Of a DNA stretch of 64,000 nt, positions 35,690 to 45,188 are shown piece after piece. Position numbers and translations under genes: made by a program. The notes beneath the pieces are model-generated. The model was not told where the DNA came from, searched no databases, and saw only the letters and a list, made by a program, of their open reading frames with translations. The DNA comes from Candidatus Caldarchaeum subterraneum (lineage in GTDB: Archaea > Thermoproteota > Nitrososphaeria_A > Caldarchaeales > Caldarchaeaceae): positions 1,413,481 through 1,477,480 of the forward strand of contig BA000048.1 of the NCBI GenBank assembly GCA_000270325.1, written 5' to 3'. Every line of letters starts with the position of its first letter. Position 1 is the first letter of the stretch.

Positions 35690-37089
35690 ATCTCAACACC
35701 CGCAAGCCTGCGGCTGAGACGTAACAGCTTTCTCACCACATCATATGCATCGACGCCGAACACAACCGCCATAGGCTCCTTGCCCACATCTCCACGGTGA
35801 TAAACAACGTCCACCACGCCGCCTGCTTTTCTTATAGCCTCCTCTATCCCCCACGGAATGGTGCGTCCCTCCTCTTTCTTAACCTCCTCAGGCTCGGCGC
35901 CTCTGTCATATGATGAGACGCTTAGGCCAAGGGCCTCTAATGTGGAAAGTATTTCATCGTCGAATCGAATGTTGGCGGCGCTTTTTACGGATGGGTCATG
36001 TTTCATGGCTGTCAGTACGGCGTTGGCGACGTGTCGTGATGCGCCGAACCACGGCTCCAAGGCAGATGTGAACCCGTCAGGTGTTTTTACTATGCGGCCT
36101 GGTACACCCACCACATCTTCGGGCGAGGACGCGTATTCGGTTGCGACCACGATGTTTGACCCGCTCTCGGGAATTAACCGCTGGAAAGATTCTTCCCGCT
36201 CAATCATCTTCAACGCTTCTTTTAGCTGGCGGAGTGCTGTCAGTTTTTCGGAGTTTTCGTAGACGGCTCCTGTGGGGTGGACAGGGCCGTAGCCGCGTCC
36301 GATGTCTAATCCTCTTTTTATTGCTTCGTTTACGAACCTCTGGGCCGCTTGGACCGCTTGGGGGATTTTCCAGCCTTTGGCGAGGTAGGCCGCAGTGGCT
36401 GATGCGAATACGCATCCAGTTCCATGGGTGTTGCGTGTATGGATTTTCTCGGCGGCAAACTTGTATATGTTACCTGCGTACAGGAGGATGTCCATGGTTG
36501 TTTCACCGGGTAGGTGTCCACCCTTAACCACCACCGCCTCGGGCCCCATCTCAGCTATCCTATGAGCAGCATCCACCATTTCCTCAGCGGAGCTGATCTC
36601 GATGCCTGTCAACAGCTTTGCCTCGTTTATGTTTGGGGTTACCACGGTTGCCAGCGGCAGCAGCTTCTTCACGAGGGCGTCAACGGCGTTGGGCTTCAGC
36701 AATGGCGCACCACTCTTAGCGACCGCAACAGGGTCAACAACCAGTGGAACCTTTATCTCCGATAACTCGTCTGCAACAGATTCGATAATCTCCTCGCTGA
36801 ACAGCATGCCGGTTTTGACGGCGTCAACACCGATGTCAACGGTGACGACGCGTATCTGCTCCCTAATTATTTCGGCGGGTACTTGGTGAATAGCAGTTAC
36901 AGTTTCTGTGTTTTGGGCTGTTATGCAGGTGATGGCTGACATGCCGTGAACTCCGAGTGCGGCAAATGTTTTAAGGTCCGCTTGAATCCCGGCGCCACCG
37001 CCTGAGTCCGACCCTGCGACGGTCAGGACGCGTTTAACCATGCCCATAGCTCCCCTCGGTGTTATAAAAGCTGAACCTTTTCTTGACAA
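35686..37089 (-). CDS. thiDN: Bifunctional ThiD-ThiN: hydroxymethylpyrimidine/phosphomethylpyrimidine kinase fused to archaeal thiamine-phosphate synthase ThiN
   Basis: ThiD N-terminal VLTVAGSDSGGGAGIQADLKTFAALGVHG plus a C-terminal ThiN domain of about 180 aa. Confidence 0.8.
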   Translation of the reverse strand: MSRKGSAFITPRGAMGMVKRVLTVAGSDSGGGAGIQADLKTFAALGVHGMSAITCITAQNTETVTAIHQVPAEIIREQIRVVTVDIGVDAVKTGMLFSEEIIESVADELSEIKVPLVVDPVAVAKSGAPLLKPNAVDALVKKLLPLATVVTPNINEAKLLTGIEISSAEEMVDAAHRIAEMGPEAVVVKGGHLPGETTMDILLYAGNIYKFAAEKIHTRNTHGTGCVFASATAAYLAKGWKIPQAVQAAQRFVNEAIKRGLDIGRGYGPVHPTGAVYENSEKLTALRQLKEALKMIEREESFQRLIPESGSNIVVATEYASSPEDVVGVPGRIVKTPDGFTSALEPWFGASRHVANAVLTAMKHDPSVKSAANIRFDDEILSTLEALGLSVSSYDRGAEPEEVKKEEGRTIPWGIEEAIRKAGGVVDVVYHRGDVGKEPMAVVFGVDAYDVVRKLLRLSRRLAGVEI

Positions 37090-38314
37090 CCCCGGCAGAC
37101 CTTCTCTCTTCAGCCGTCATGTTGAACACATTCTGGAGCATGTCCAGATAGTTTTTAGAAGGTTCTACGCCTCTTCGCGACATCATTCTCTTGGCTGTTT
37201 CGAGGGCCTGCTCGATGTTGAGCTCAATTTTTTCCGTGGGTGTGTGTATTGTGTAGGATGGGATGTCTGTCTGAGCTTCTCGGTAGACGTGGCTTGCTAC
37301 TCCGATTTTTACACCGCCTGAAACCATGGTGCCTATTCCTGTTTTGACGTGGTCTGCGAAGAATGAGCCGAGGAACTGTCTCCCGGTTTCGACCCTTCTG
37401 CCCTCAACGGTCATTCTAAAGCTGCCGTAGGTGTTTTTCATGTTGGAGACTGTTGTTCCAGCGGCTATGTTCACCCACTCGCCCACCACGCTGTGTCCCA
37501 AAAACCCGTAATGCCTCTTGTTGGAATATCCCATAAAGACACATCCCTCAACCTCGCCGCCAACTCTGCACACGGGCCCGAAAGAGCAGCTCGCGATGTA
37601 TGAGTTTGGGAAAATGCGGGATGATTTCCCAACATAGCATGGACCAACAATTTTCGTGAACGACTCCACAACAACGCCCTCATCAAGCACAATTGGGCCT
37701 TTCCTATCATCCAAGACCACATGATTATCCAATTCAACCTCCCCGCGGGCAAACACAAGGTCTCTCTGACCGTAACTTGTCTTTTCTCCGAAAACCTCAT
37801 CCAGAATTAGCTTGGGTGAGAGCTCAACTATGTCCCACAGGTTGTTGACGAGGTTCGCCTCCAGCTCCCTCTTGGTCAAGTGGTGCACCGGGATTTCGAC
37901 CCTTTTTCCCGGCGTTGTCAGGCTTTGCCAGAAATTTTCGGGGAGGTCTGGCTCGGCCAGCTTAACTGCCGCAACTTCTCCACCAACGTAGAATACACAG
38001 CCGGGTTCTGCTTTTCTGAGCGTCTCCGCCACCACCTTGTTTACGACGAGTCTACCGTTGATGAGTAATGTTTCGCCCTCTGTCGGCGGCATGTTTACAA
38101 TGGCCTCTGGATACTTCTCCCCCAAGACCTGTGAGAGATGTTGTCTTGTGTAGAGATGGATTTGCGCCACGTCGGTGAAGTGGTGTTTTATTTTCTCGAC
38201 GTTGGTGCCGGTTCCTATGAATATGTCGTAGACGGGTTTTGTGGTTGTTAGGGGCCAGAACCGCAGTAGGCCGGGGTCCTCGTAGACGCAGATGTTCATG
38301 AGGCTTCTTGTCAA
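37034..38314 (-). CDS. Left-handed beta-helix (hexapeptide repeat) protein with a nucleotidyltransferase-like N-domain
   Basis: Repeating [LIV]G-x4 hexapeptides in the C-terminal half. Confidence 0.35.
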   Translation of the reverse strand: MTRSLMNICVYEDPGLLRFWPLTTTKPVYDIFIGTGTNVEKIKHHFTDVAQIHLYTRQHLSQVLGEKYPEAIVNMPPTEGETLLINGRLVVNKVVAETLRKAEPGCVFYVGGEVAAVKLAEPDLPENFWQSLTTPGKRVEIPVHHLTKRELEANLVNNLWDIVELSPKLILDEVFGEKTSYGQRDLVFARGEVELDNHVVLDDRKGPIVLDEGVVVESFTKIVGPCYVGKSSRIFPNSYIASCSFGPVCRVGGEVEGCVFMGYSNKRHYGFLGHSVVGEWVNIAAGTTVSNMKNTYGSFRMTVEGRRVETGRQFLGSFFADHVKTGIGTMVSGGVKIGVASHVYREAQTDIPSYTIHTPTEKIELNIEQALETAKRMMSRRGVEPSKNYLDMLQNVFNMTAEERRSAGVVKKRFSFYNTEGSYGHG

Positions 38315-38865
38315 CGGCTGGAATTAAGGTTGATAACTATGTTAACATGCTTTGATAGTTCCTCTACTCTCCGTTTCTCCGATTCCGTGAGACCTGTTCC
38401 AAAGTCCTCGGCCAGCCTTGTTCCGTAGTAGGCTGTCGCGATGAAGGTGGAGGCTTTCTCAACATATGCAAGTAGCTCAGCTGCCTCGGCTCCGTGGAGA
38501 AATATAGTGACGTCGTTGACTGCGAGGACAGGTGTCGGATTCTGAATAAATTCATTGAATAGTCTCTTGGCGGTCTCGAGATTTGAGTGGACGTATTTTT
38601 TGAGTTCTTCCGCGTTGCATGCCATGAGCCGTGGTGCGTAGATGTTGGGTGGTCGCTTGTAGTGGAGGCCGTCGACTCTCATGTGTTCTGTTAATGGGCC
38701 GCCTACGTCCATTATGCGTGGGGGCGCGAGGTCTATGACGGTTATGCTGCATGGCCCCAGCTTGGTGAGAAGGTTCTGGAGGACTTGGGCGAGGAGGCTT
38801 GTTTTTCCCGAGCCTGCCTCTCCGATGATAAGGGTTCTTTTGCCCAGCAGCTCCTCGGGGTTCAA
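38311..38865 (-). CDS. P-loop NTPase, hypothetical
   Basis: Walker A GEAGSGKTSL and Walker B-like ITVIDLAPP. Confidence 0.4.
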   Translation of the reverse strand: MNPEELLGKRTLIIGEAGSGKTSLLAQVLQNLLTKLGPCSITVIDLAPPRIMDVGGPLTEHMRVDGLHYKRPPNIYAPRLMACNAEELKKYVHSNLETAKRLFNEFIQNPTPVLAVNDVTIFLHGAEAAELLAYVEKASTFIATAYYGTRLAEDFGTGLTESEKRRVEELSKHVNIVINLNSSR

Positions 38866-39443
38866 CGCTGTCTGCGTATTGTTGCGGTGATGGCTCTGGA
38901 TATAACTCCATATCTTTCTGCCGCGAGTAGGAAGAGGAATCCCGCCACAGTGCCTATGATGGAGCTAACGGCCCAGCCTCCCCAGAGCAAGAGAAGGGCT
39001 GGCCAGAACCCGAGTGTCTCAAGGTTACGGAGCATGACTGCCGCGGGCCCCACCGCTGGCCCTATACCCGGCGCCACTACCGCGAGCGCTATTGTTCCAC
39101 CTATCAACACAGTGCCTATTGGTTCTGCGAAAGCAGCCAGATACCTTAGACGAGGATTCCGTAATCTTTTAAGCAGAATGTAGAATAGGCCGACCAACAC
39201 CGCTCCGGGAATGCCGCCCGGGTATGCGAACACTGTCCCCGTTCCCAGCGCAATCCGCACTGTTCCGATTATGATTGCGACAATTGCTCCCCAGAGCGGG
39301 CCCAGCAGAACGCCTGAGAGTACGTTGATGAAATGCTGGCCCGGAAAAGCTCTTGACCCAAGCCATTCAAACATCATGGGAGATATTACTATCCCTAGAG
39401 CGCTCAAAGCCGATGCTAGAGCCACTTTTTTGGAGAGGTTCAT
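38862..39443 (-). CDS. ECF-transporter S-component-like membrane protein, possibly ThiW-type
   Basis: 193 aa with 5-6 TM helices and Gly-rich helices, located upstream of thiDN. Confidence 0.4.
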   Translation of the reverse strand: MNLSKKVALASALSALGIVISPMMFEWLGSRAFPGQHFINVLSGVLLGPLWGAIVAIIIGTVRIALGTGTVFAYPGGIPGAVLVGLFYILLKRLRNPRLRYLAAFAEPIGTVLIGGTIALAVVAPGIGPAVGPAAVMLRNLETLGFWPALLLLWGGWAVSSIIGTVAGFLFLLAAERYGVISRAITATIRRQR

Positions 39444-39488
39444 GTAATTGCTGTGTTTCTAAAGGATATAAGGATATGAATAAGTGGC

Positions 39489-39895
39489 TTATTTCCAAAC
39501 CCAGTAGCTGCTCGTCAGGTAGTTGACAGCCATGCCAGCCAACACGCCCACGATGTTGGAAACCAGATAAAATATCCCCAGGAAATCGGTTAGGAGATAT
39601 AGGATGCCTAGCGAAGTTATGGTTCCCGCTATTCTTGAGCCGTGGAATTTGAGAGGCGTCCGGGTATGCCTGTGGGCCCTGCTCTGTCTCGGAAGGTCCA
39701 GTACTCGTTGAGGAAAAAGTTGTTGAGAATAGAGATTTCGAGGCTTATAACGGCGGCTATGAGATACAGCCTCTCGCCAAAGACATAGTTTGTGAGCAGG
39801 AAGAGCGCTACTGTGTTTACGACGAGGCCGACGCCGCCCACCACGCTAAACTTGATGAGCCTCGGGATATCTAAGCTCCTTAGAAAACTTCTCAT
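39489..39895 (-). pseudogene. GtrA-family membrane protein disrupted by a frameshift
   Basis: The N-terminal half (39895..39629) has 2 TMs and ends ...NEYWTFRDRAGP. The -1 frame then continues LKFHGSRIAGTITSLGILYLLTDFLGIFYLVSNIVGVLAGMAVNYLTSSYWVWK* to 39489. This holds the conserved GtrA C-terminal NYxxxxxWVW. Confidence 0.55.
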
Positions 39896-39899
39896 CTCT

Positions 39900-40991
39900 T
39901 CACCCTTCTGAGAAGATGTTGAGGCTTGTCTGGCCTGAGACAGGCTTAAGTCCTGTGAACCTCACTCCAACACGTCTAAGCATCATCTTCTCATCTGTCT
40001 CGAGAAGTTTTGTCAAGAGAATGCGCAGGGTTCTCAAAACCTCGTCGAGAGACGCTCCAAACCGTATGTCAGCCTGTCGAGTGATTGTTTCTAGACGCGT
40101 GGTTATAGCTATCAACCCTATCTTTGAGGCGAAAAACTTAGCCGACGCAAGCCTCGTGTAAGCCTGTGAAGCGGCTGCCGCAAGCGTCTCCATGACCTCC
40201 TCGACTTCGCGAGTGTTCCGTTTAAGGGTGACTATTTTGCTCAACTGCTTAGGCGGAGGCCTCTCCTCTATAACCTCGTCATAAATTCCCCTTGAAGCTA
40301 GGTAAAGGTATTGGGCTTTCTTTGGCCCGAAAAGTTCCTCGAGCTTCTCCAGACTTTGACGCGAAAGGTCGCCGACTGTTTTGATTTGGTGCTCGGCGAG
40401 GATTGACTCTGTTTTAGCCCCTATGCCGGGCAGGTTCTTGACAGGAAGGTCACTTAGGAACTCTTCCAAATTTTCTGGTTTCACGACTGTGAGGCCATCA
40501 GGCTTCGAGTAATCGGCCGCCATCTTAGCTACGACACGGTTAGGGCCTATCCCAACGCTGCAAGTTAAACCAAAATTTGCCCTGATCATTTCCTTAACTT
40601 CTTTCGCGAATTCCTCGGCCTCGGCGTAGTCGCTTCCCACGGCCTGTGTAACATCCATCACGGCCTCGTCTACGCTCTCCACACGGAGGGGTGTGTTGAA
40701 TTTCTTGAGGTTGTCCATGATTTGGCGCGAGATGTTTGCATAGTGTTCTAGCCGCACGGGAAGAATTACTGCCTCCTCTGGTAGAAGCTTCTTGGCTGCT
40801 TTTATGGGCATTCCTGCTTTTACCCCGAATCTTCTCGCCACATAGTTTGCTGAGCTCACTACTCCGCTGTCGGAAGTTCTTCCTGAGAAGACGCATACGC
40901 AGAGCGGCTTACCCCTTAGCTCAGGGTTTTCGACCTCCTCAATCTGGGCGAAAAAATAGTCAAGGTCTAGGAATAGAACAATCCGCGGCAA
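39900..40991 (-). CDS. dinB: DNA polymerase IV (Y-family, Dpo4/DinB). Start probably the TTG at 40991
   Basis: IVLFLDLDYFFAQIEEVENPELRGKPLCVCV...SANYVARRFGVKAGMP. A conserved Y-family palm and the Dpo4-like start MIVLFVDFDYFYAQ. Confidence 0.85.
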   Translation of the reverse strand: MPRIVLFLDLDYFFAQIEEVENPELRGKPLCVCVFSGRTSDSGVVSSANYVARRFGVKAGMPIKAAKKLLPEEAVILPVRLEHYANISRQIMDNLKKFNTPLRVESVDEAVMDVTQAVGSDYAEAEEFAKEVKEMIRANFGLTCSVGIGPNRVVAKMAADYSKPDGLTVVKPENLEEFLSDLPVKNLPGIGAKTESILAEHQIKTVGDLSRQSLEKLEELFGPKKAQYLYLASRGIYDEVIEERPPPKQLSKIVTLKRNTREVEEVMETLAAAASQAYTRLASAKFFASKIGLIAITTRLETITRQADIRFGASLDEVLRTLRILLTKLLETDEKMMLRRVGVRFTGLKPVSGQTSLNIFSEG

Positions 40992-41047
40992 TTCCGGAAA
41001 ATCTTCCTCGGAACGGTATAAAAGCCTCCACGCATTACATAGAGGTG

Positions 41048-41998
41048 ATGCGTAGGATAGGGATTGCTCGGGGGCCACAGCTTTTTCTATACAGTTTTCC
41101 CGAGCCGCATCCCTTGAACAGGGTAAGGCTTGAGGCCTTCTACCAAAAGCTTGACAGCGAAGGGAAAAATTTGCAGGGTTTGTTGTTTGTCGAGCCGGAA
41201 AAAGCAGGGAAAGACGATGTGATGCTTTTCCACACACCTGCTTATGTCGAGTTTGTCGAAGAAAGATGCAGGGTGGGAAAAGGTTACCTCGACTACGGTG
41301 ACACACCCGCTTTCCCGGGCTGTTTCGAAGCAGCTTCATACGTCGTTGGAACAACGCTTAAACTGCTACGCATGATTATCTCCGGCGAGATTTCGGCAGG
41401 TTTCAACCCGATGGGTGGCCTGCATCACGCGAGACGTGACAGAGCTGGCGGGTTCTGCATATTTAACGATGCCGGGGTGGCCATCGAGTATCTCCTCAGA
41501 CGCGAAAACATGCGGAACGTCGCCTACGTAGACATTGATGCTCATCATGGAGACGGTGTCTGCTATGACTTCTACAGCGAAAAGCGTGTGATTTTCGCCG
41601 ACATCCATCAAGATGGGCGCACACTTTACCCGGGGACAGGTTTTCGAAATGAGACAGGCGAGGGTGAGGCGCGTGGAACCAAGCTCAACATTCCGCTTTT
41701 GCCCTATTCGGGTGACGAGGAGTTTTTCCAAGCATTTCAGGAGGTTGAGCAATTTCTCGAGAAACATGAGTTTGATTTTCTGCTGCTACAGTGTGGAGCT
41801 GACGGGTTGATGGGAGACCCGCTTACAAACCTCCAATACTCTGCGAGGGCCCACGGCTACGCGGCTTCGAGGCTTCTCAAGATTGCTGAGAAGAAGTGTG
41901 GAGGTAGGATTCTCGCGATGGGTGGAGGAGGATATGACCCTGTGAATGTGGCGCATGCGTGGACAGCCGTTGTGAAGGCGTTTGCAGAGCAGGGTTAG
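41048..41998 (+). CDS. Histone deacetylase-family protein (AcuC/acetoin utilization/HDAC class)
   Basis: Metal-binding DIDAHHGDG, catalytic HH (GGLHHARRD) and CGADGL motifs. ATG at 41048. Confidence 0.8.
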   Translation: MRRIGIARGPQLFLYSFPEPHPLNRVRLEAFYQKLDSEGKNLQGLLFVEPEKAGKDDVMLFHTPAYVEFVEERCRVGKGYLDYGDTPAFPGCFEAASYVVGTTLKLLRMIISGEISAGFNPMGGLHHARRDRAGGFCIFNDAGVAIEYLLRRENMRNVAYVDIDAHHGDGVCYDFYSEKRVIFADIHQDGRTLYPGTGFRNETGEGEARGTKLNIPLLPYSGDEEFFQAFQEVEQFLEKHEFDFLLLQCGADGLMGDPLTNLQYSARAHGYAASRLLKIAEKKCGGRILAMGGGGYDPVNVAHAWTAVVKAFAEQG

Positions 41999-42614
41999 GG
42001 TTGGGAAAAAGGGGATAAGAGCACTCGGCGTCGCCGAGAGTTTTAGGAAGCGGCTGGGCTCACGCGCTGTTCTCGCAGGCGTCGTGATGAGGTCGGACCT
42101 GCTGGTGGACGGGTTTGTTTTCGGCGCCTGCACCGTTGGTGGCATGGACTCCACCGAGGCAGTTCTAGAGATGTGGCAGCGTCTCGGCCGCATGGACATC
42201 AACGTGGTCCTGTTGAGCGGAAGCGTAATCAGCTGGTTTAACGTCGTCGACCTCAACAAGCTTCATCAAACAATAGGCACTCCCTTGATATGCCTCAGCT
42301 ACCGCGATTCACGTGGTCTTGAGGAGGTTTTTAGGAGAAGGTTTCCGAGTGACTGGGAGCAGCGTCTTAGTGTTCACCTTCGCAACGGCGAAAGAAGCGA
42401 TGTAGTTCTGAAGACAGGCTACAAAGTCTATGTGCGATGCTTTGGTCTGCTGCCCACCGATGCCAAAACAGTTCTCGACAAGTTCACTGTCGACGGACGC
42501 TTCCCCGAGCCCGTTAGACTGGCTAAGCTTCTTGCGAGAGGAGCGTTAAACTATCTTGAGCCTTTTCTCGGCTCTGAATCCGGGTTCGCTGACGTAGGCC
42601 GGGAAACCACCTGA
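41982..42614 (+). CDS. DUF99/UPF0215 family protein
   Basis: About 210 aa with an archaeal-conserved fold. Confidence 0.4.
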   Translation: MQSRVRVGKKGIRALGVAESFRKRLGSRAVLAGVVMRSDLLVDGFVFGACTVGGMDSTEAVLEMWQRLGRMDINVVLLSGSVISWFNVVDLNKLHQTIGTPLICLSYRDSRGLEEVFRRRFPSDWEQRLSVHLRNGERSDVVLKTGYKVYVRCFGLLPTDAKTVLDKFTVDGRFPEPVRLAKLLARGALNYLEPFLGSESGFADVGRETT

Positions 42615-43595
42615 CAAAACTTCCACACCCTCACTGAAAACAGACCCCTCGCCCAAAACCGAGTTAACCAAATGCGAGCCGGGGCCGAGAAAACACTTCT
42701 CCAAGACCACAGAACCCGCTACCCTGCTTCTCCTACCTATGAATGAGCCTTGGCAAATGTAGCAAGGCCCCTCCAAAACCGAGCCCGACTCTATCACGCA
42801 TCCTTCCTCAACCATGACAGGACCATTTAGCTCGACATCCTCCCCCAACACAGTCCCCTCATCAATCGAGATGGCTTCGCCAAGGAAGTTGCTAAGGTAA
42901 ACATGGTTAACTCTGAGATAGTCCGCGGGCAGTCCGACATCAAACCACCAGCTTCTATCAAACACCTTCACACCGACGATGTGTCCCTGCGCGGCCAGCT
43001 GGTTGACTGCATCGGTCAGCTCTATCTCCCCGCGTTCAGAGAAACCCACCATCTCAAGGGCCTTGAAGATGTTTTTGCTGAAGATGTATATGCCTGCGTT
43101 CACGATTTTACCCGCGCCCGTCTTCTCCTCTATCTTGACCAGCCGCTCACCATCAAGCTTGATAGAGCCAAATCTCTTGCTCTCCTCCAGTTCCACAGCC
43201 GCCAACACGCTGTCAAACCCGCCCTCACGCCAAAAACCAAGCAACCGCCGCAGAACCATGTCGTTTACCGTAACGTCGCCGTAAACCACGAGAAAAACAT
43301 CTTCTCCCTCCAAAAACTCCCTACATTCTTTCAAGGCCTGGCCGGTGCCGAGAAGCTTCTTCTGCTCTATGAATGTCAGCCGTGGCCTATGAAGGTTCTT
43401 AAGGGCTTCCACCGCGTCATGTCCATGGTATCCAACTAGAACACCGACATCATCTATTCCAGCCGTGGAAAGGGCCTCGACAACCCATCTAATCAACGGC
43501 TTACCTGCGACGGGCAAAACATGCTTGGGTCTATTAATTGTCAGAGGCCTCAGCCTCTTACCGTAGCCAGCCGCGAAAACCACCGCTTTCAACAA
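42546..43595 (-). CDS. Sugar-1-phosphate nucleotidyltransferase with C-terminal LbH domain (GlmU/RmlA-like)
   Basis: N-terminal AVVFAAGYGKRLRPLT (GxGxRL) motif. Confidence 0.8.
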   Translation of the reverse strand: MLKAVVFAAGYGKRLRPLTINRPKHVLPVAGKPLIRWVVEALSTAGIDDVGVLVGYHGHDAVEALKNLHRPRLTFIEQKKLLGTGQALKECREFLEGEDVFLVVYGDVTVNDMVLRRLLGFWREGGFDSVLAAVELEESKRFGSIKLDGERLVKIEEKTGAGKIVNAGIYIFSKNIFKALEMVGFSERGEIELTDAVNQLAAQGHIVGVKVFDRSWWFDVGLPADYLRVNHVYLSNFLGEAISIDEGTVLGEDVELNGPVMVEEGCVIESGSVLEGPCYICQGSFIGRRSRVAGSVVLEKCFLGPGSHLVNSVLGEGSVFSEGVEVLSGGFPAYVSEPGFRAEKRLKIV

Positions 43596-43636
43596 ATTAT
43601 TACTTTAAAAACGCCTTATCAAGATACTTTCGAGGG

Positions 43637-44644
43637 ATGGCTCTCACTTTTGTGGGCGGTGGATTGGGCAGATTTGAGCATCTGACCATCGAGGCGCTTG
43701 AAACCGTGAAAAATGCGGAGAAAATCTATGTGGATACTTATACGAGCTTCTGGGCAGCTGACTTTTTCGACAAGCTCAGAGAGGCCGCGGGCCATGTTGT
43801 TGCAGCTGACCGGAAAATGCTCGAGGACAACGTTCACAAGCTTGTCTCAGAGGCCGTGGAAAATGAGATAGTTTTGCTGACCCCGGGAGACCCGTTTATA
43901 GCCACAACCCACCTCGCCATCAGAACACTCGCACACAGAAAAAACGTTTCAGTAAAAGTTGTCCACGGCGTTTCAGCGGTTTCAGCAGCGGTAAGCTCCT
44001 CAGGCCTCCACATCTACAAGTTCGGCAAAACAGCCACCATCCCAAAAACAACCGACTCCAACATGCTAAACGAAATCTTCAAAACAATCGAGACAAACCT
44101 CTCAAACAACCTCCACACCCTACTTCTTCTAGACACATCAGACAACGGACTCACAATTCCGGAAGCTGTAAAACAGCTACTCGACTACTCAAAACAACAT
44201 GGAAAAAACTTCATAAACCAAAACACGCTCATGGTGGCTTTAGCGAGGCTAGGGTTCCCGGACAACATGACCCTTGCCGCGCCCGCCGAGAAACTCATGA
44301 TACACAACTTTCCCCCGCCACCACACTCAATCATCATACCCTCGAGCCTCCACTTCACAGAAGAAGAAATTCTACAAACTTTCCACAAAGGCCCTTTATG
44401 CATCGCGGAAAACCCGTTAAAAAGCAGAGTAATGAACTATGTCGCAAAATGCCGGAGAATACTTGCCGAGCTTAGCGACTTTCATGAGCTCACAGACTAT
44501 CTTGGATATGTCTCAAGGTATGTGGAGGACGCTGAGCGCTTCGTGAAGGACGGGAATATGGTTGATGCACTTCTGGCGATAGGTTATGCGGAGGGCTTGC
44601 TTGACGCTCTGAGGCTGAGAGGCGAGGTGACATTTACTTGGTGA
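43637..44644 (+). CDS. dph5: Diphthine synthase (Dph5) with about 80-aa C-terminal extension
   Basis: MALTFVGGGLG tetrapyrrole-methylase-like N-terminus. ATG at 43637. Confidence 0.75.
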   Translation: MALTFVGGGLGRFEHLTIEALETVKNAEKIYVDTYTSFWAADFFDKLREAAGHVVAADRKMLEDNVHKLVSEAVENEIVLLTPGDPFIATTHLAIRTLAHRKNVSVKVVHGVSAVSAAVSSSGLHIYKFGKTATIPKTTDSNMLNEIFKTIETNLSNNLHTLLLLDTSDNGLTIPEAVKQLLDYSKQHGKNFINQNTLMVALARLGFPDNMTLAAPAEKLMIHNFPPPPHSIIIPSSLHFTEEEILQTFHKGPLCIAENPLKSRVMNYVAKCRRILAELSDFHELTDYLGYVSRYVEDAERFVKDGNMVDALLAIGYAEGLLDALRLRGEVTFTW

Positions 44645-45096
44645 AGAGCAGAACCGTTCTAACGACAGGAGCCTTCGACATCCTTCATCTCGGACACATG
44701 CTCATGCTAAAGGATGCCAAAAAACTCGCGGGCCCACGTGGGAAACTAGTCGTGGTCGTGGCCTCCGATAAAACAGTTAGACGCAATAAAGGACGCGCAC
44801 CCATATTCGGTGCACGTGAGAGGAAAAAGATGCTCCAATTCCTCAAGCCGGTTGACGAAGTGTTGATCGGCTATGACCCGGTCTCTTTTGAAAAAATTTT
44901 GAGGAAAGTTAGGCCGGATATCGTCGCTTTCGGCTATGACCAGCGGAAAATACGCGACCAGTTTCTGAGATTCTGCCGGGAGAGAAAGGTTAAGGTAAGG
45001 GTTGTGACGCTTAGGAAGCACAACGTCAACCCTGTTAGCAGCAGCGATGTTGTGAAACGGGTTCTAAGCCTCGGAAAGCGCGTAAGACGTCTTTAA
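44638..45096 (+). CDS. ribL: FAD synthase RibL / cytidylyltransferase-family nucleotidyltransferase
   Basis: TGAFDILHLGH (HxGH) motif. 152 aa. Confidence 0.7.
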   Translation: MVKSRTVLTTGAFDILHLGHMLMLKDAKKLAGPRGKLVVVVASDKTVRRNKGRAPIFGARERKKMLQFLKPVDEVLIGYDPVSFEKILRKVRPDIVAFGYDQRKIRDQFLRFCRERKVKVRVVTLRKHNVNPVSSSDVVKRVLSLGKRVRRL

Positions 45097-45188
45097 CCCT
45101 TCATAGAATATTTTTGGCTGTAGTGTCGCCGAGATTTTGACAAGCGAGCCGTCGACTAGTCCCAGTTTTTCCCTTAGATTGTGTTGGG

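Noticed and set aside
36081-36527. Arg/Leu/Pro-rich ORFs antisense to thiDN (36081..36527 +, 36200..36415 -)
   Set aside because: Typical GC-skewed antisense or shifted-frame shadow ORFs inside a well-supported coding gene.
40736-41047. N-terminal 104 codons of the 420-aa plus-strand ORF preceding the HDAC domain
   Set aside because: Leu/Arg-rich low-complexity sequence antisense to dinB. The HDAC family core starts at MRRIGIARG (ATG 41048).
40992-41354. 120-codon N-terminal extension of the dinB ORF (MFQRRMKLLRNSPGKRVCHRSRG...) overlapping the HDAC-like gene
   Set aside because: Arg/Cys/Pro-rich, with no similarity to Y-family polymerases. The Dpo4-like conserved start (IVLFLDLDYFFAQ) begins at about 40991 with a TTG. 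The extension lies antisense to the real 5' end and promoter of the HDAC gene (ATG 41048).
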